Positions 1 to 8,030 of a stretch of DNA of 24,000 nt are shown piece after piece (position 1 is the first letter of the stretch; every line of letters begins with the position of its first letter). The notes beneath the pieces were generated by a model. The model was not told the origin of the DNA, ran no database searches, and was given only the letters and a program-made list of their open reading frames with translations. Made by a program: the position numbers and the translations under genes. The stretch spans positions 19,170 through 43,169 of the forward strand of contig CAMELE010000016.1 in NCBI GenBank assembly GCA_945923475.1, read 5' to 3'. Origin of the DNA: an uncultured Mollicutes bacterium (lineage in GTDB: Bacteria; Bacillota_I; Bacilli_A; Acholeplasmatales; Anaeroplasmataceae).

Positions 1-399
1 CGTCAACGTGAGGTATATAACATTGTATTAAATGGTCAAAAACTAATGTTTGATACTATAAAGCCAGGATATACAACTAAACAGCTAAATGAGATTCTAA
101 TTAAGTATTATTGTAAGGAATTAAAACGGATTGGATTAATTACTAATGATATAGAGGTTTCTAAATATTATTTTCATGGTGTATCGCACCATTTAGGACT
201 TGATTGTCATGATTTATGTGATTATACACCACTTAAGGCTGGTAGTGTTATTTCGAATGAGCCAGGATTATACATACCAGAGTGGAATATTGGTATTAGA
301 ATTGAAGATGATGTGCTTGTAACTGAGGATGGTTGTATTAATTTATCTGAAGAAATAATCAAGTCTGTTGAAGATATTGAGAAATATATGAGTAGATAA
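1..399 (+). CDS. M24-family Xaa-Pro aminopeptidase, C-terminal part (5' end lies upstream of the window)
   Basis: Frame 1 is open from nt 1 (RQREVYNIVLNGQKLMFD...), so the ATG at 46 is internal. Metal-ligand motifs typical of M24B peptidases: HGVSHHLGLDCHD, EPGLY, GIRIEDDVLVTEDG. Confidence 0.8.
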   Translation, partial: RQREVYNIVLNGQKLMFDTIKPGYTTKQLNEILIKYYCKELKRIGLITNDIEVSKYYFHGVSHHLGLDCHDLCDYTPLKAGSVISNEPGLYIPEWNIGIRIEDDVLVTEDGCINLSEEIIKSVEDIEKYMSR

Positions 400-411
400 G
401 GTGGTAATATT

Positions 412-774
412 TTGTCAAGCATTAAAGAATTTAGAATAGATGCGTTTTCTTATCCTATGGATTCTTCACATTTAATTATCAAGTCTGATGGTGAGATAAG
501 AACATTTATTGGTAATAAGGTTTTAGTAAGTAAAATGAAAAGTAAAGCTAAATTTTTTAAGGAATTAGAGAATGCATTAATTTTGGATTTTAAATCCTTA
601 GGAGATTATAGAGAATCTAAGCAGTATTATCATATTTCGGTTATTTATGATGATGGAAAAGAAGAAAGTCATTTTTATATTGAAAATTTAAGTTCAAATA
701 ACCAAATATATATTAAAGATGTTCTTATAAGATATGTTTTACCAGAAAATCTTATTAATGTAGTATCAAGCTAG
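412..774 (+). CDS. hypothetical protein (120 aa), no family recognised
   Basis: TTG start 8 nt after an AAGGTGG RBS (398-404) and 13 nt after the peptidase stop, suggesting co-transcription. Soluble, Lys/Ser/Ile-rich, no motif I can name. Confidence 0.45.
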   Translation: MSSIKEFRIDAFSYPMDSSHLIIKSDGEIRTFIGNKVLVSKMKSKAKFFKELENALILDFKSLGDYRESKQYYHISVIYDDGKEESHFYIENLSSNNQIYIKDVLIRYVLPENLINVVSS

Positions 775-785
775 TAAATTGAGAG

Positions 786-799
786 ATTTATTTATCCAA
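786..799. repeat. left copy of 14-bp target-site duplication ATTTATTTATCCAA
   Basis: Identical 14-mer at 2277-2290, directly abutting the outer ends of the IS inverted repeats. Flanking bases on both sides differ, so the repeat is exactly 14 bp. Confidence 0.8.
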
Positions 800-838
800 T
801 TTGAGTTTCCCCAAAATTAAATTAGTGTATAAAAATAG

Positions 839-869
839 AAAATCCACGAGGTCAAAATTCGTGGATTTT
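839..869 (+). terminator. terminator-like hairpin inside the IS left end, upstream of the transposase promoter
   Basis: 11-bp perfect stem AAAATCCACGA / TCGTGGATTTT (839-849 pairs with 859-869), 9-nt loop, U-rich 3' side. It sits where many IS elements block read-through transcription from outside. Confidence 0.5.
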
Positions 870-903
870 AATGTCTATAAATAGTGAAAAAGAACCCTAA
901 AAA

Positions 904-912
904 TGATATAAT
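904..912 (+). promoter_or_regulatory. extended -10 promoter element (TGaTATAAT) for the transposase
   Basis: TG at 904-905 and TATAAT at 907-912. No good -35. A start site near 919 would exclude the TTG at 917 as the start codon. Confidence 0.4.
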
Positions 913-952
913 GTAATTGGTAAAAAACATAACAATTTGGGGGTTCTTTTCT

Positions 953-2233
953 ATGAGAAATTATAACACTTTAAATGAGATTTTAAAAGATGAAACTGTT
1001 AATTTTATTAAAAATTTATCAAGTGGTTTAGGAAAAGTTGATACGCACTTTATTTCAGATGTTACTTCAGGAATTTTAAAACATAATTCTGTTAATCTAT
1101 CCGATATTGTAAGACAAACAGGAAAGACTAATATCAAAAAAGGCGTAGAACGACTAGAAAGACATTTGGACTCATTTGATGATATATCTGAAGTTATACA
1201 AGATAATTATGAAAATATGATTAGACCATATATTAATGCACGAAAATTATATTTTGTTGATAGAAGCGATATAACAAAATCAGAAACTACAAAATTTGAT
1301 AATCTGGGGTATGTATTAGATGGCTCTAATGAACATAAGGTAAGCAAAGGATATCAAATAAATGAAATAGCTACATTAGATAATTCTAATCAACCAATTA
1401 GCTTAGTATCAGAACTAAGATCAGCAAATGATGAGGATTATAAATCAGAAAATGAATTATGGAGTAAGCATATAGAATATGTTAATAAAACATACGGAAA
1501 AGGTACTTTTATCATGGATAGAGGCTTTGATGGAGCTGTTTTAATGGAAAAAGTACTTAAAACAGGGTCTAATTTCATAATTAGAGCTAAATGCTTAACA
1601 AGAAATGTATATGTTAATGGAGAGAAAACTACTATTAGAAATATAGCATTACATCATAAAGGCTATTATAAGTTTAACTCAAGAGGACAAAATTTAAAGG
1701 TTTATGCAGTACAAATAAGAATTAAAACTCAAGATACTAAAGAATTAAAACAACAACCATTAACACTTATTATAGTAAAAGGTTTTACAACAGATAAAAA
1801 CACTCTAAATGAAGCTTATATGGCATTAATTACTAGTAGAGTAGTTAGTGGGAAAAATGATGTTTTACAGGTTGTTAGAGATTATTTATTAAGATGGAAG
1901 ATTGAAGAAAACTTTAAATATAAGAAACAACAATTTTCATTAGAAAAGATAATGGTAAGAAGATATAAAAGAATTAAAACTTTAAATACATTACTTTCAT
2001 ACGTAATGTTCTTTAGTAATGTTATTAATTTAAAAGCTATAGGAAAAGTAATTAGAAAAAACAAGATACATTTAAAGAATGAAGTAAAATTTTGGTTGTA
2101 TAGAGTAAGTGAAGGCATTAAAGAAATAATGTCATTTTTAAGTATGGAATTAATGAAAATAATATATCCAAAAAGACAACCAAGAAGACGAGATTTATGG
2201 ACTGTATGTGGCATAGCCTTTAGACCGTATTAA
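953..2233 (+). CDS. IS4-family DDE transposase (426 aa from ATG 953; the ORF track starts at TTG 917)
   Basis: DDE candidates: YFVDRSDI (D1), FIMDRGFD (D2), RWKIEENF (E). Exact IS4 signature Y-x2-R-x3-E-x6-K in YLLRWKIEENFKYKK, closely resembling the IS10 YSKRMQIEETFRDLK block. GGGGG RBS at 939-943. Confidence 0.85.
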   Translation: MRNYNTLNEILKDETVNFIKNLSSGLGKVDTHFISDVTSGILKHNSVNLSDIVRQTGKTNIKKGVERLERHLDSFDDISEVIQDNYENMIRPYINARKLYFVDRSDITKSETTKFDNLGYVLDGSNEHKVSKGYQINEIATLDNSNQPISLVSELRSANDEDYKSENELWSKHIEYVNKTYGKGTFIMDRGFDGAVLMEKVLKTGSNFIIRAKCLTRNVYVNGEKTTIRNIALHHKGYYKFNSRGQNLKVYAVQIRIKTQDTKELKQQPLTLIIVKGFTTDKNTLNEAYMALITSRVVSGKNDVLQVVRDYLLRWKIEENFKYKKQQFSLEKIMVRRYKRIKTLNTLLSYVMFFSNVINLKAIGKVIRKNKIHLKNEVKFWLYRVSEGIKEIMSFLSMELMKIIYPKRQPRRRDLWTVCGIAFRPY

Positions 2234-2276
2234 AAATCCAAATTTTTACTTGAATTAAAAAATGGGGAAACTCAAA

Positions 2277-2290
2277 ATTTATTTATCCAA
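2277..2290. repeat. right copy of 14-bp target-site duplication ATTTATTTATCCAA
   Basis: Identical to 786-799 and immediately follows the right inverted repeat. Confidence 0.8.
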
Positions 2291-2293
2291 ATA

Positions 2294-2322
2294 TTTACAA
2301 AAAACGATTAATATGCTATTAT
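2294..2322 (+). promoter_or_regulatory. putative sigma-A promoter of pduL
   Basis: TTTACA (2294-2299), 17-bp spacer, TATTAT (2317-2322), with a TGn extension at 2314-2316. Begins 3 bp downstream of the IS target duplication. Confidence 0.4.
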
Positions 2323-2359
2323 AACGAGGGTGGACTTACACCGTGAAAGGATTATTATT

Positions 2360-2932
2360 ATGAAACAAATTTTAATTGAAACTAGTGCACGTCATGTACA
2401 CGTAACTCAAGAAGCTCTAGAGGTATTATTTGGTAAAGGTGCTGAATTAACAGTTAAGAAGGAATTATCTCAACCAGGACAATTCGCATCTAACCAAAAG
2501 GTAGTTGTTAAGGGACCTAAGGGTGAGCTTAATTGTTCAATTCTTGGACCAGTTAGAAAGGCAAATCAAGTTGAAGTATCATTCTCAGATGCAAGAACTT
2601 TAGGAGTTGTAGCTCCTGTTAGAGAATCTGGAGATGTTGCTGGATCTGCTCCTTGTACATTAGTAGGACCTGCTGGTGAGGTTGAGCTTAGTGAAGGTGT
2701 AATTGTTGCTAAGCGTCATGTACATATGACTCCAGCTGACGCAGAGGAATTTGGCGTTACAAATGGTGAAATTGTATCTGTAAAGGTTGTTACAGAAACA
2801 GGACGTAATCTTGTATTTGGTGATACTGTTATTCGTGTATCAGATAGCTATGCTCTAGCTATGCACATTGATACTGATGAGTCAAATGCAGGTGCATTAT
2901 CTGGACAAGTTTTTGGTGAAATTGTTAAGTAA
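2360..2932 (+). CDS. pduL: phosphate acyltransferase PduL (phosphotransacylase)
   Basis: Two PduL repeats with the conserved histidine motifs: TSARHVHV near the N-terminus and AKRHVHMTP in the second half. Length about 190 aa. ATG 2360 is preferred over GTG 2330 because GAAAGGA lies 8 nt upstream and the predicted promoter ends at 2322. Confidence 0.85.
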   Translation: MKQILIETSARHVHVTQEALEVLFGKGAELTVKKELSQPGQFASNQKVVVKGPKGELNCSILGPVRKANQVEVSFSDARTLGVVAPVRESGDVAGSAPCTLVGPAGEVELSEGVIVAKRHVHMTPADAEEFGVTNGEIVSVKVVTETGRNLVFGDTVIRVSDSYALAMHIDTDESNAGALSGQVFGEIVK

Positions 2933-2944
2933 TTTTCTATATTA

Positions 2945-2968
2945 GGCTCCCAATTGGGGGCCTTTTCT
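2945..2968 (+). terminator. rho-independent terminator after pduL
   Basis: GGCTCCC-AATT-GGGGGCC stem-loop (one G.U pair) followed by TTTTCT. Confidence 0.7.
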
Positions 2969-2985
2969 ATTATTGGAGGTTTTGC

Positions 2986-3720
2986 ATGAATTATTTATAC
3001 ACATATATGCTTATTTTTATGTTTTTTTGCTTCATAGGCTGGATTCTTGAGGTGCTTTACAGAAGCTATAAGCACAAGCACTTTGTAAATCCAGGCTTTT
3101 TGGTAGGATGTGCTTTACCAATTTATGGTACAGGAGGACTGGCTTTATATTTAATTTGTTCTTTAAAACTTAGCTTTATCACTAGTGATGTATTAAGAGT
3201 AGTGGTTATTTTAGTAATCTGTACAATTCTAATGACTCTTATTGAATTTGTGGCGGGTTATATATCGCTTAAATATTATCATAATAGATTATGGGATTAT
3301 TCTGATGTTCCTGGTAATATTATGGGTATAATATGTCCGATTTTTTCACTTGCATGGGGTGTATGTGGAGCTATTTTCTATTTTGGCTTTATGCCATGGC
3401 TTCCGACATTTTGCAAATTTGTATATAGTCATAATTATATGATAATGTTACTTGGAATGGCATATGGAGTATTCTTTGTGGATTTATGCTATTCTCTTAA
3501 AATTATGGATAAAATTAGACATTATGCTAAGCATATTAATTCAACAATTGACTTTGAAGGATTTAAGAGGAATGTTAAGAATAAATTAGCTGAGTCTAAA
3601 AATAAAATTAAAGGTTTATCTATAATAAAGCTTAGAAACTATATGGCAAGCATTATTGATACGGAAATTTTGAGTAAGAAAAAAGATGAAGAATCAAGAA
3701 AAGATTCTCCTAATAAATAA
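2986..3720 (+). CDS. polytopic membrane protein, PF06541-like ('putative ABC-transporter type IV' family) with a charged C-terminal tail
   Basis: GGAGG RBS at 2975-2979. Motifs I associate with that family: FIGWILEVLY, FVNPGFLVGCALPIYG, LWDYSD. Several hydrophobic spans, then a Lys/Glu-rich tail. Confidence 0.55.
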   Translation: MNYLYTYMLIFMFFCFIGWILEVLYRSYKHKHFVNPGFLVGCALPIYGTGGLALYLICSLKLSFITSDVLRVVVILVICTILMTLIEFVAGYISLKYYHNRLWDYSDVPGNIMGIICPIFSLAWGVCGAIFYFGFMPWLPTFCKFVYSHNYMIMLLGMAYGVFFVDLCYSLKIMDKIRHYAKHINSTIDFEGFKRNVKNKLAESKNKIKGLSIIKLRNYMASIIDTEILSKKKDEESRKDSPNK

Positions 3721-3768
3721 AATAAAACACTTGTTTTAGTAAAGCGTTTTCAGGCCTTCGATTTATAT

Positions 3769-3797
3769 TGATTTTAGGGTTTATATATGGTATTCTT
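3769..3797 (+). promoter_or_regulatory. putative promoter of the ABC transporter gene
   Basis: TTGATT, 17 bp, TATTCT, with a TGG just upstream of the -10. By-eye coordinates, approximate. Confidence 0.3.
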
Positions 3798-3846
3798 TTG
3801 TCGTATATTTAACAAATGTTAAATGTAAAGAAAGAAGGTAGTAATT

Positions 3847-6582
3847 ATGTTAAGACTTAAAAACATTGTTAAAACTTACGAAGTTGGGGGACAAAATGTT
3901 GATGCATTAAAGGGAGTAAGCATTGCATTTCGTAAAAGTGAGTTTGTATCTATCTTAGGACCATCAGGATGTGGTAAAACAACTACATTAAATATTATTG
4001 GTGGACTAGATAAATATTCAAGTGGGGATTTATTTATTGGAGGAAAGTCAACTAAGGAATTTAATGACCATGATTGGGACGTTTATCGTAATCATCGTAT
4101 CGGGTTTATATTCCAAAGCTATAACTTGATTCCACATCAAACAATATTAGGAAATGTAGAATTAGCTTTAACAATTGCAGGTATTTCAAAGGAAGAACGT
4201 GTAAGAAGAGCTAAAGAGGCTATTGACCGTGTAGGACTTGCTGGACAATACAATAAAAAGCCTAATCAATTATCTGGAGGTCAATGTCAAAGAGTTGCAA
4301 TCGCAAGAGCTCTAGTTAATGAGCCTGAAATTTTACTTGCTGATGAGCCAACAGGTGCACTTGATACTGAAACGTCAGTTCAAATAATGGATTTAATTAA
4401 AGAAATATCTAAGGATAAATTAGTTATTATGGTTACTCATAATCCTGATTTAGCCCAAAAATATTCAACTCGTATAATTAATTTGCTAGATGGTGAACTT
4501 ATATCTGATACTAATCCGTTCACAGAAGAGGAGGAAATCCAGGAAGTAAGCCAAAACATAAGCATAGTACAAGATGAAGAGGTTAAAGAAAAAGCAAAGA
4601 TGTCCTTTGTGACAGCTACAAAGCTATCATTTAGAAATTTATTGTCTAAATTAAAAAGAACTATTATGGTAGTAGTTGCTGGGTCAATTGGTATTATTGG
4701 TGTTGCTACAGTATTATCAGTTTCTCGTGGTGTTAATGATTATATTGATACTATGCAGGATGATATGCTATCAGGAAATCCAATTACAATTGAGGAAACA
4801 GGTATTGACATGAATGCATTAATGAATAGTGCCTCAACCTCTCAACAAATTGAAGCTGTAAAGAATGGTGATTATGTTAATGTTAATTCAATGATTGAAT
4901 ATCTAGTCACTCATAATGATGAGCTTAACTCTTTAGTTTACAAAAATGAGATTACGAAATCTTATATTAACTACATTAAGGCTATGCCTAAGGAATCATA
5001 TTCAGCTATTTCATATAATTATGGTCTTGATTTAACTAATAATGTATATACAGATTTCCATTTAGATAGTCAAGCATCAAAGTATGATAAGATCATGTCT
5101 TTGTCTTCAATAACTGCAATGTATACGAAGCTGCTTGAGGAGACTGATTATGGAAAATATTCATCAATAATCACAAGCTTAACCTCTTGTTTATCTCAAA
5201 GTGTTAGTAATAATGAATATATTAAAACTCAATATGATGTTGTAGCTGGTACACTTCCTCAAAAATATAATGATGTAATTCTTGTATTGGATTCTAAATC
5301 ATCCGCAACTGATTTATTATTAACTCAGATGGGATATTATACTCAAAATGAGTTCTTTGAATTAATCTATAAGGCGCTTGCAGATAACGGTGATAAAGAT
5401 GTTACCTTAACTCCAGCCTTATATAAAAAGCAATTTACATATGACGAAATATTAAAAAAGAAGTTTACTTGGTTTTCTAATGATGTTGTATTTAGTCAAA
5501 ATACAGATTTAACAGCACTGGCATTCCCATATAAGTACAACTATACAAAAAATGATAGCTGGGATACTTTAGAAGAAGGCAAGGATAAGATTGAATTAAA
5601 CATTGTTGGTATTGTTCAACCAAAGGAAAATATTAATTATGGTGCACTAAGAACTGGATTTTTATATACTCAGGATTTATCTGAAAAAATAATTTCTTTA
5701 AATAAAACTTCTAAAATTACAACTGCGATAAAGAATCAGGGAGGAACTAACATTCTTACAATTTGTAATGGCGGTAAATTTATTAGTGGTATAATTTATG
5801 ATTTAGATTATTATTTTAAAAGAGATGACAATACTACTGATCAAACTGCTACAATCCCTGTAGGAACGACGGATGAGTTTTCTAGCTACTTATCAATGTT
5901 TGGGGGTTCATCATCATCATCCTCAACTACTACGGATACTGTTATTTATACAATTACATCAAGAATGTTAGGAGCTGAAGAGTTACCTAGTACTATCTCA
6001 ATTTATCCACTTAACTTTGAAAAAAAGGATTTAGTAACTGATTATCTAGATAAATGGAACAATTTATCACAAGAAATAATAGTTGATGGCGTAATGATGA
6101 CAAATCGTCAAAAGATTAAATATACTGATCAAATTGCAATGATTATTTCAATGATTGATACAATGATTAATGTAGTAACCTGGGCTCTTGTAGCATTTAC
6201 GGCATTATCACTTGTAGTATCAACTGTAATGGTTGGAATTATTACATATGTTTCAGTTGTTGAAAGAACAAAAGAAATTGGTGTTATTCGTTCACTTGGT
6301 GGTAGAAAGAAGGATGTATCACATTTATTTAATGCAGAAACATTTATGATTGGCCTTGCAAGTGGAGTTTTTGGGGTTATAATTACCGGTATTTTGTCAT
6401 TGATTATTAATCTAATCGTTAATTTAGCATCTGATGGTGCAATAAAATCGATGGCGCATTTAACTCCTGTTACTGCAATTGTAATGGTATTGATAAGTGT
6501 AGGTTTAACATTGATTTCAGGATTCTTCCCTTCAAGAAGTGCTGCTAGTCGTAATCCAGTTGATGCTTTAAGAAGTGAATAA
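3847..6582 (+). CDS. fused ABC transporter: N-terminal ATPase, large extracytoplasmic domain, C-terminal FtsX-type permease (MacB-like, 911 aa)
   Basis: Walker A GPSGCGKTT, signature LSGGQCQR, Walker B ILLADEPTGALD, H-loop VTHN. One TM near residue 271-291, then roughly 470 aa predicted outside. FtsX-domain TMs follow, with the RTKEIGVIRSLGGRKKDV motif. Confidence 0.85.
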   Translation: MLRLKNIVKTYEVGGQNVDALKGVSIAFRKSEFVSILGPSGCGKTTTLNIIGGLDKYSSGDLFIGGKSTKEFNDHDWDVYRNHRIGFIFQSYNLIPHQTILGNVELALTIAGISKEERVRRAKEAIDRVGLAGQYNKKPNQLSGGQCQRVAIARALVNEPEILLADEPTGALDTETSVQIMDLIKEISKDKLVIMVTHNPDLAQKYSTRIINLLDGELISDTNPFTEEEEIQEVSQNISIVQDEEVKEKAKMSFVTATKLSFRNLLSKLKRTIMVVVAGSIGIIGVATVLSVSRGVNDYIDTMQDDMLSGNPITIEETGIDMNALMNSASTSQQIEAVKNGDYVNVNSMIEYLVTHNDELNSLVYKNEITKSYINYIKAMPKESYSAISYNYGLDLTNNVYTDFHLDSQASKYDKIMSLSSITAMYTKLLEETDYGKYSSIITSLTSCLSQSVSNNEYIKTQYDVVAGTLPQKYNDVILVLDSKSSATDLLLTQMGYYTQNEFFELIYKALADNGDKDVTLTPALYKKQFTYDEILKKKFTWFSNDVVFSQNTDLTALAFPYKYNYTKNDSWDTLEEGKDKIELNIVGIVQPKENINYGALRTGFLYTQDLSEKIISLNKTSKITTAIKNQGGTNILTICNGGKFISGIIYDLDYYFKRDDNTTDQTATIPVGTTDEFSSYLSMFGGSSSSSSTTTDTVIYTITSRMLGAEELPSTISIYPLNFEKKDLVTDYLDKWNNLSQEIIVDGVMMTNRQKIKYTDQIAMIISMIDTMINVVTWALVAFTALSLVVSTVMVGIITYVSVVERTKEIGVIRSLGGRKKDVSHLFNAETFMIGLASGVFGVIITGILSLIINLIVNLASDGAIKSMAHLTPVTAIVMVLISVGLTLISGFFPSRSAASRNPVDALRSE

Positions 6583-6682
6583 TACTTAACTGGAAAAAGA
6601 GTATTCAAATTGCTGGATATTCTTTTTTCTTGTTTAAACTTATGCTATACTAAATTAGGAAATAAAAAGAGGTATACATATA

Positions 6683-7302
6683 TGAAACCAGTTTTAATTG
6701 TAATTGCCGGAGGAAGTGCCTCAGGTAAAACTACGGTAGTAGATAAAATTCAGAAGCGTTTATCAGGTACAGAGGTTACTGTAATTAGACATGATGATTA
6801 TTATAAGGACCAAAAATATGTAGAGATGCTAGACAGACAAAAAGTGAACTATGACCATCCAAATGCTCTAGATAATGATTTATTGATTCAAGATTTAAAT
6901 GAGCTTTTAAATGGAAAGGAAATAGATGCACCTACATACGATTTTAAACTTCATACAAGAAGTGATGTTACAAGACATATTATTCCAAGTAAGGTTATAA
7001 TTCTTGAAGGAATATTAACATTACAGGATGAAAGAATTAGAGGACTTGCAGATATTAAGATATTTGTAGATTCTGATGATGATGTTCGTTTTATTAGAAG
7101 ACTTGTTCGAGATATGAATGAGCGTGGTAGATCGATGGATAGTGTAATTAATCAATATCTAGAAACAGTAAAGCCAATGTATTATGAATTTGTTAAGCCT
7201 ACCAAGCGATTTGCAGATATTATTATACCTAATGATAGGCAGCATGATGTTGCAGTAGATGTAATAATATCTAAAATTAAAGATATTATGGGAGGAAATT
7301 AA
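6683..7302 (+). CDS. udk: uridine kinase
   Basis: P-loop IAGGSASGKTT plus DDYYKD, NYDHPNALD, VIILEGIL, DVRFIRRLVRDMNERGRS. ATG 6683 with AAAAGAGG RBS is preferred over the TTG at 6610 used by the ORF track. Confidence 0.9.
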
Positions 7303-7303
7303 A

Positions 7304-7987
7304 ATGATCGGAATTATAGGGGCAATGGATGTTGAGGTTAATGACATTGTATCAGCACTTCAAAATAAAGAAATTATTAAAAAAGGAATATGTACATATT
7401 TTAAAGGAACGATTTTTAGTAAAGAAGTGGTAATCCTAAAATCAGGGATAGGTAAGGTTGCATCTGCAGTGGGCGCCTCATTAATGATTGAACTTTTTCA
7501 TCCAAACTTAATAATTAATACAGGAATTGCTGGAGGAGTAGCACCCCTTAAAACAAAGGATATAGTTTTATCACAGTATTTAACATACGGAGATGTTGAC
7601 GCTACTATATTTGGATATGAGATAGGCCAAGTTCCTCAAATGCCTCATATGTATGAAGCTTCAAAGAAGTATTTAGCACAAGTAGAAGAAATCCTTAAGA
7701 AAAACAACTATTCATACCAATTAGGTACAACTGTCACATCAGATTCTTTTATTACAACAATTGAAAATGTTAAATCAAAAAAATACGAAAATATGATTTG
7801 TGAAATGGAAGGTGCCTCAATTGCTCAAGCATGTTATATACTAAATACTCCATTCATATCAGTAAGATATATATCTGATATTATTGATAGCGACTCTCAG
7901 GTTGATAATTATATGGAATTTGAAGGACAAATGGCAAATCGCTCTTGTAAGATTATTTTAGACTTAATATCTGATTTAAAAATTTAA
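7304..7987 (+). CDS. mtnN: 5'-methylthioadenosine/S-adenosylhomocysteine nucleosidase
   Basis: MIGIIGAMDVEV, GIGKVASAV, INTGIAGG, CEMEGASIAQ, SVRYISD. ATG lies 1 nt after the udk stop, with a GGAGGA RBS inside the udk 3' end. Confidence 0.9.
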   Translation: MIGIIGAMDVEVNDIVSALQNKEIIKKGICTYFKGTIFSKEVVILKSGIGKVASAVGASLMIELFHPNLIINTGIAGGVAPLKTKDIVLSQYLTYGDVDATIFGYEIGQVPQMPHMYEASKKYLAQVEEILKKNNYSYQLGTTVTSDSFITTIENVKSKKYENMICEMEGASIAQACYILNTPFISVRYISDIIDSDSQVDNYMEFEGQMANRSCKIILDLISDLKI

Positions 7988-7996
7988 ATAAAAATA

Positions 7997-8024
7997 TGGT
8001 GCATATCACATTAGATATACACCA
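7997..8024. terminator. bidirectional terminator between convergent mtnN and the U32 gene
   Basis: 11-bp stem TGGTGCATATC / GATATACACCA with one mismatch and a 6-nt loop. A-run on the left and T-run on the right, so it can serve both strands. Confidence 0.55.
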
Positions 8025-8030
8025 ATTTTT

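Larger units (their letters stand above)
800..2276 (+). mobile_element. intact IS4-family (IS10-like) insertion sequence, 1477 bp
   Basis: Perfect 14-bp terminal inverted repeats: TTTGAGTTTCCCCA at 800-813 and its reverse complement TGGGGAAACTCAAA at 2263-2276. Imperfect A/T-rich extension beyond them. Single DDE transposase ORF, flanked by a 14-bp direct repeat. Confidence 0.85.

Noticed and set aside
5908-5925. TCA-TCA-TCA-TCA-TCC-TCA trinucleotide run in the ABC transporter gene as a phase-variation tract.
   Set aside because: It has only four perfect units and slippage would stay in frame. It simply encodes the poly-Ser linker. There is no evidence for a contingency locus.
6583-6682. Possible terminator between the ABC transporter gene and udk (GAAAAAGA ... 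TCTTTTTTC).
   Set aside because: The stem is almost entirely A-U with a bulge, too weak to call. udk may be co-transcribed or driven by the TGcTATACT extended -10 seen near 6643-6651.
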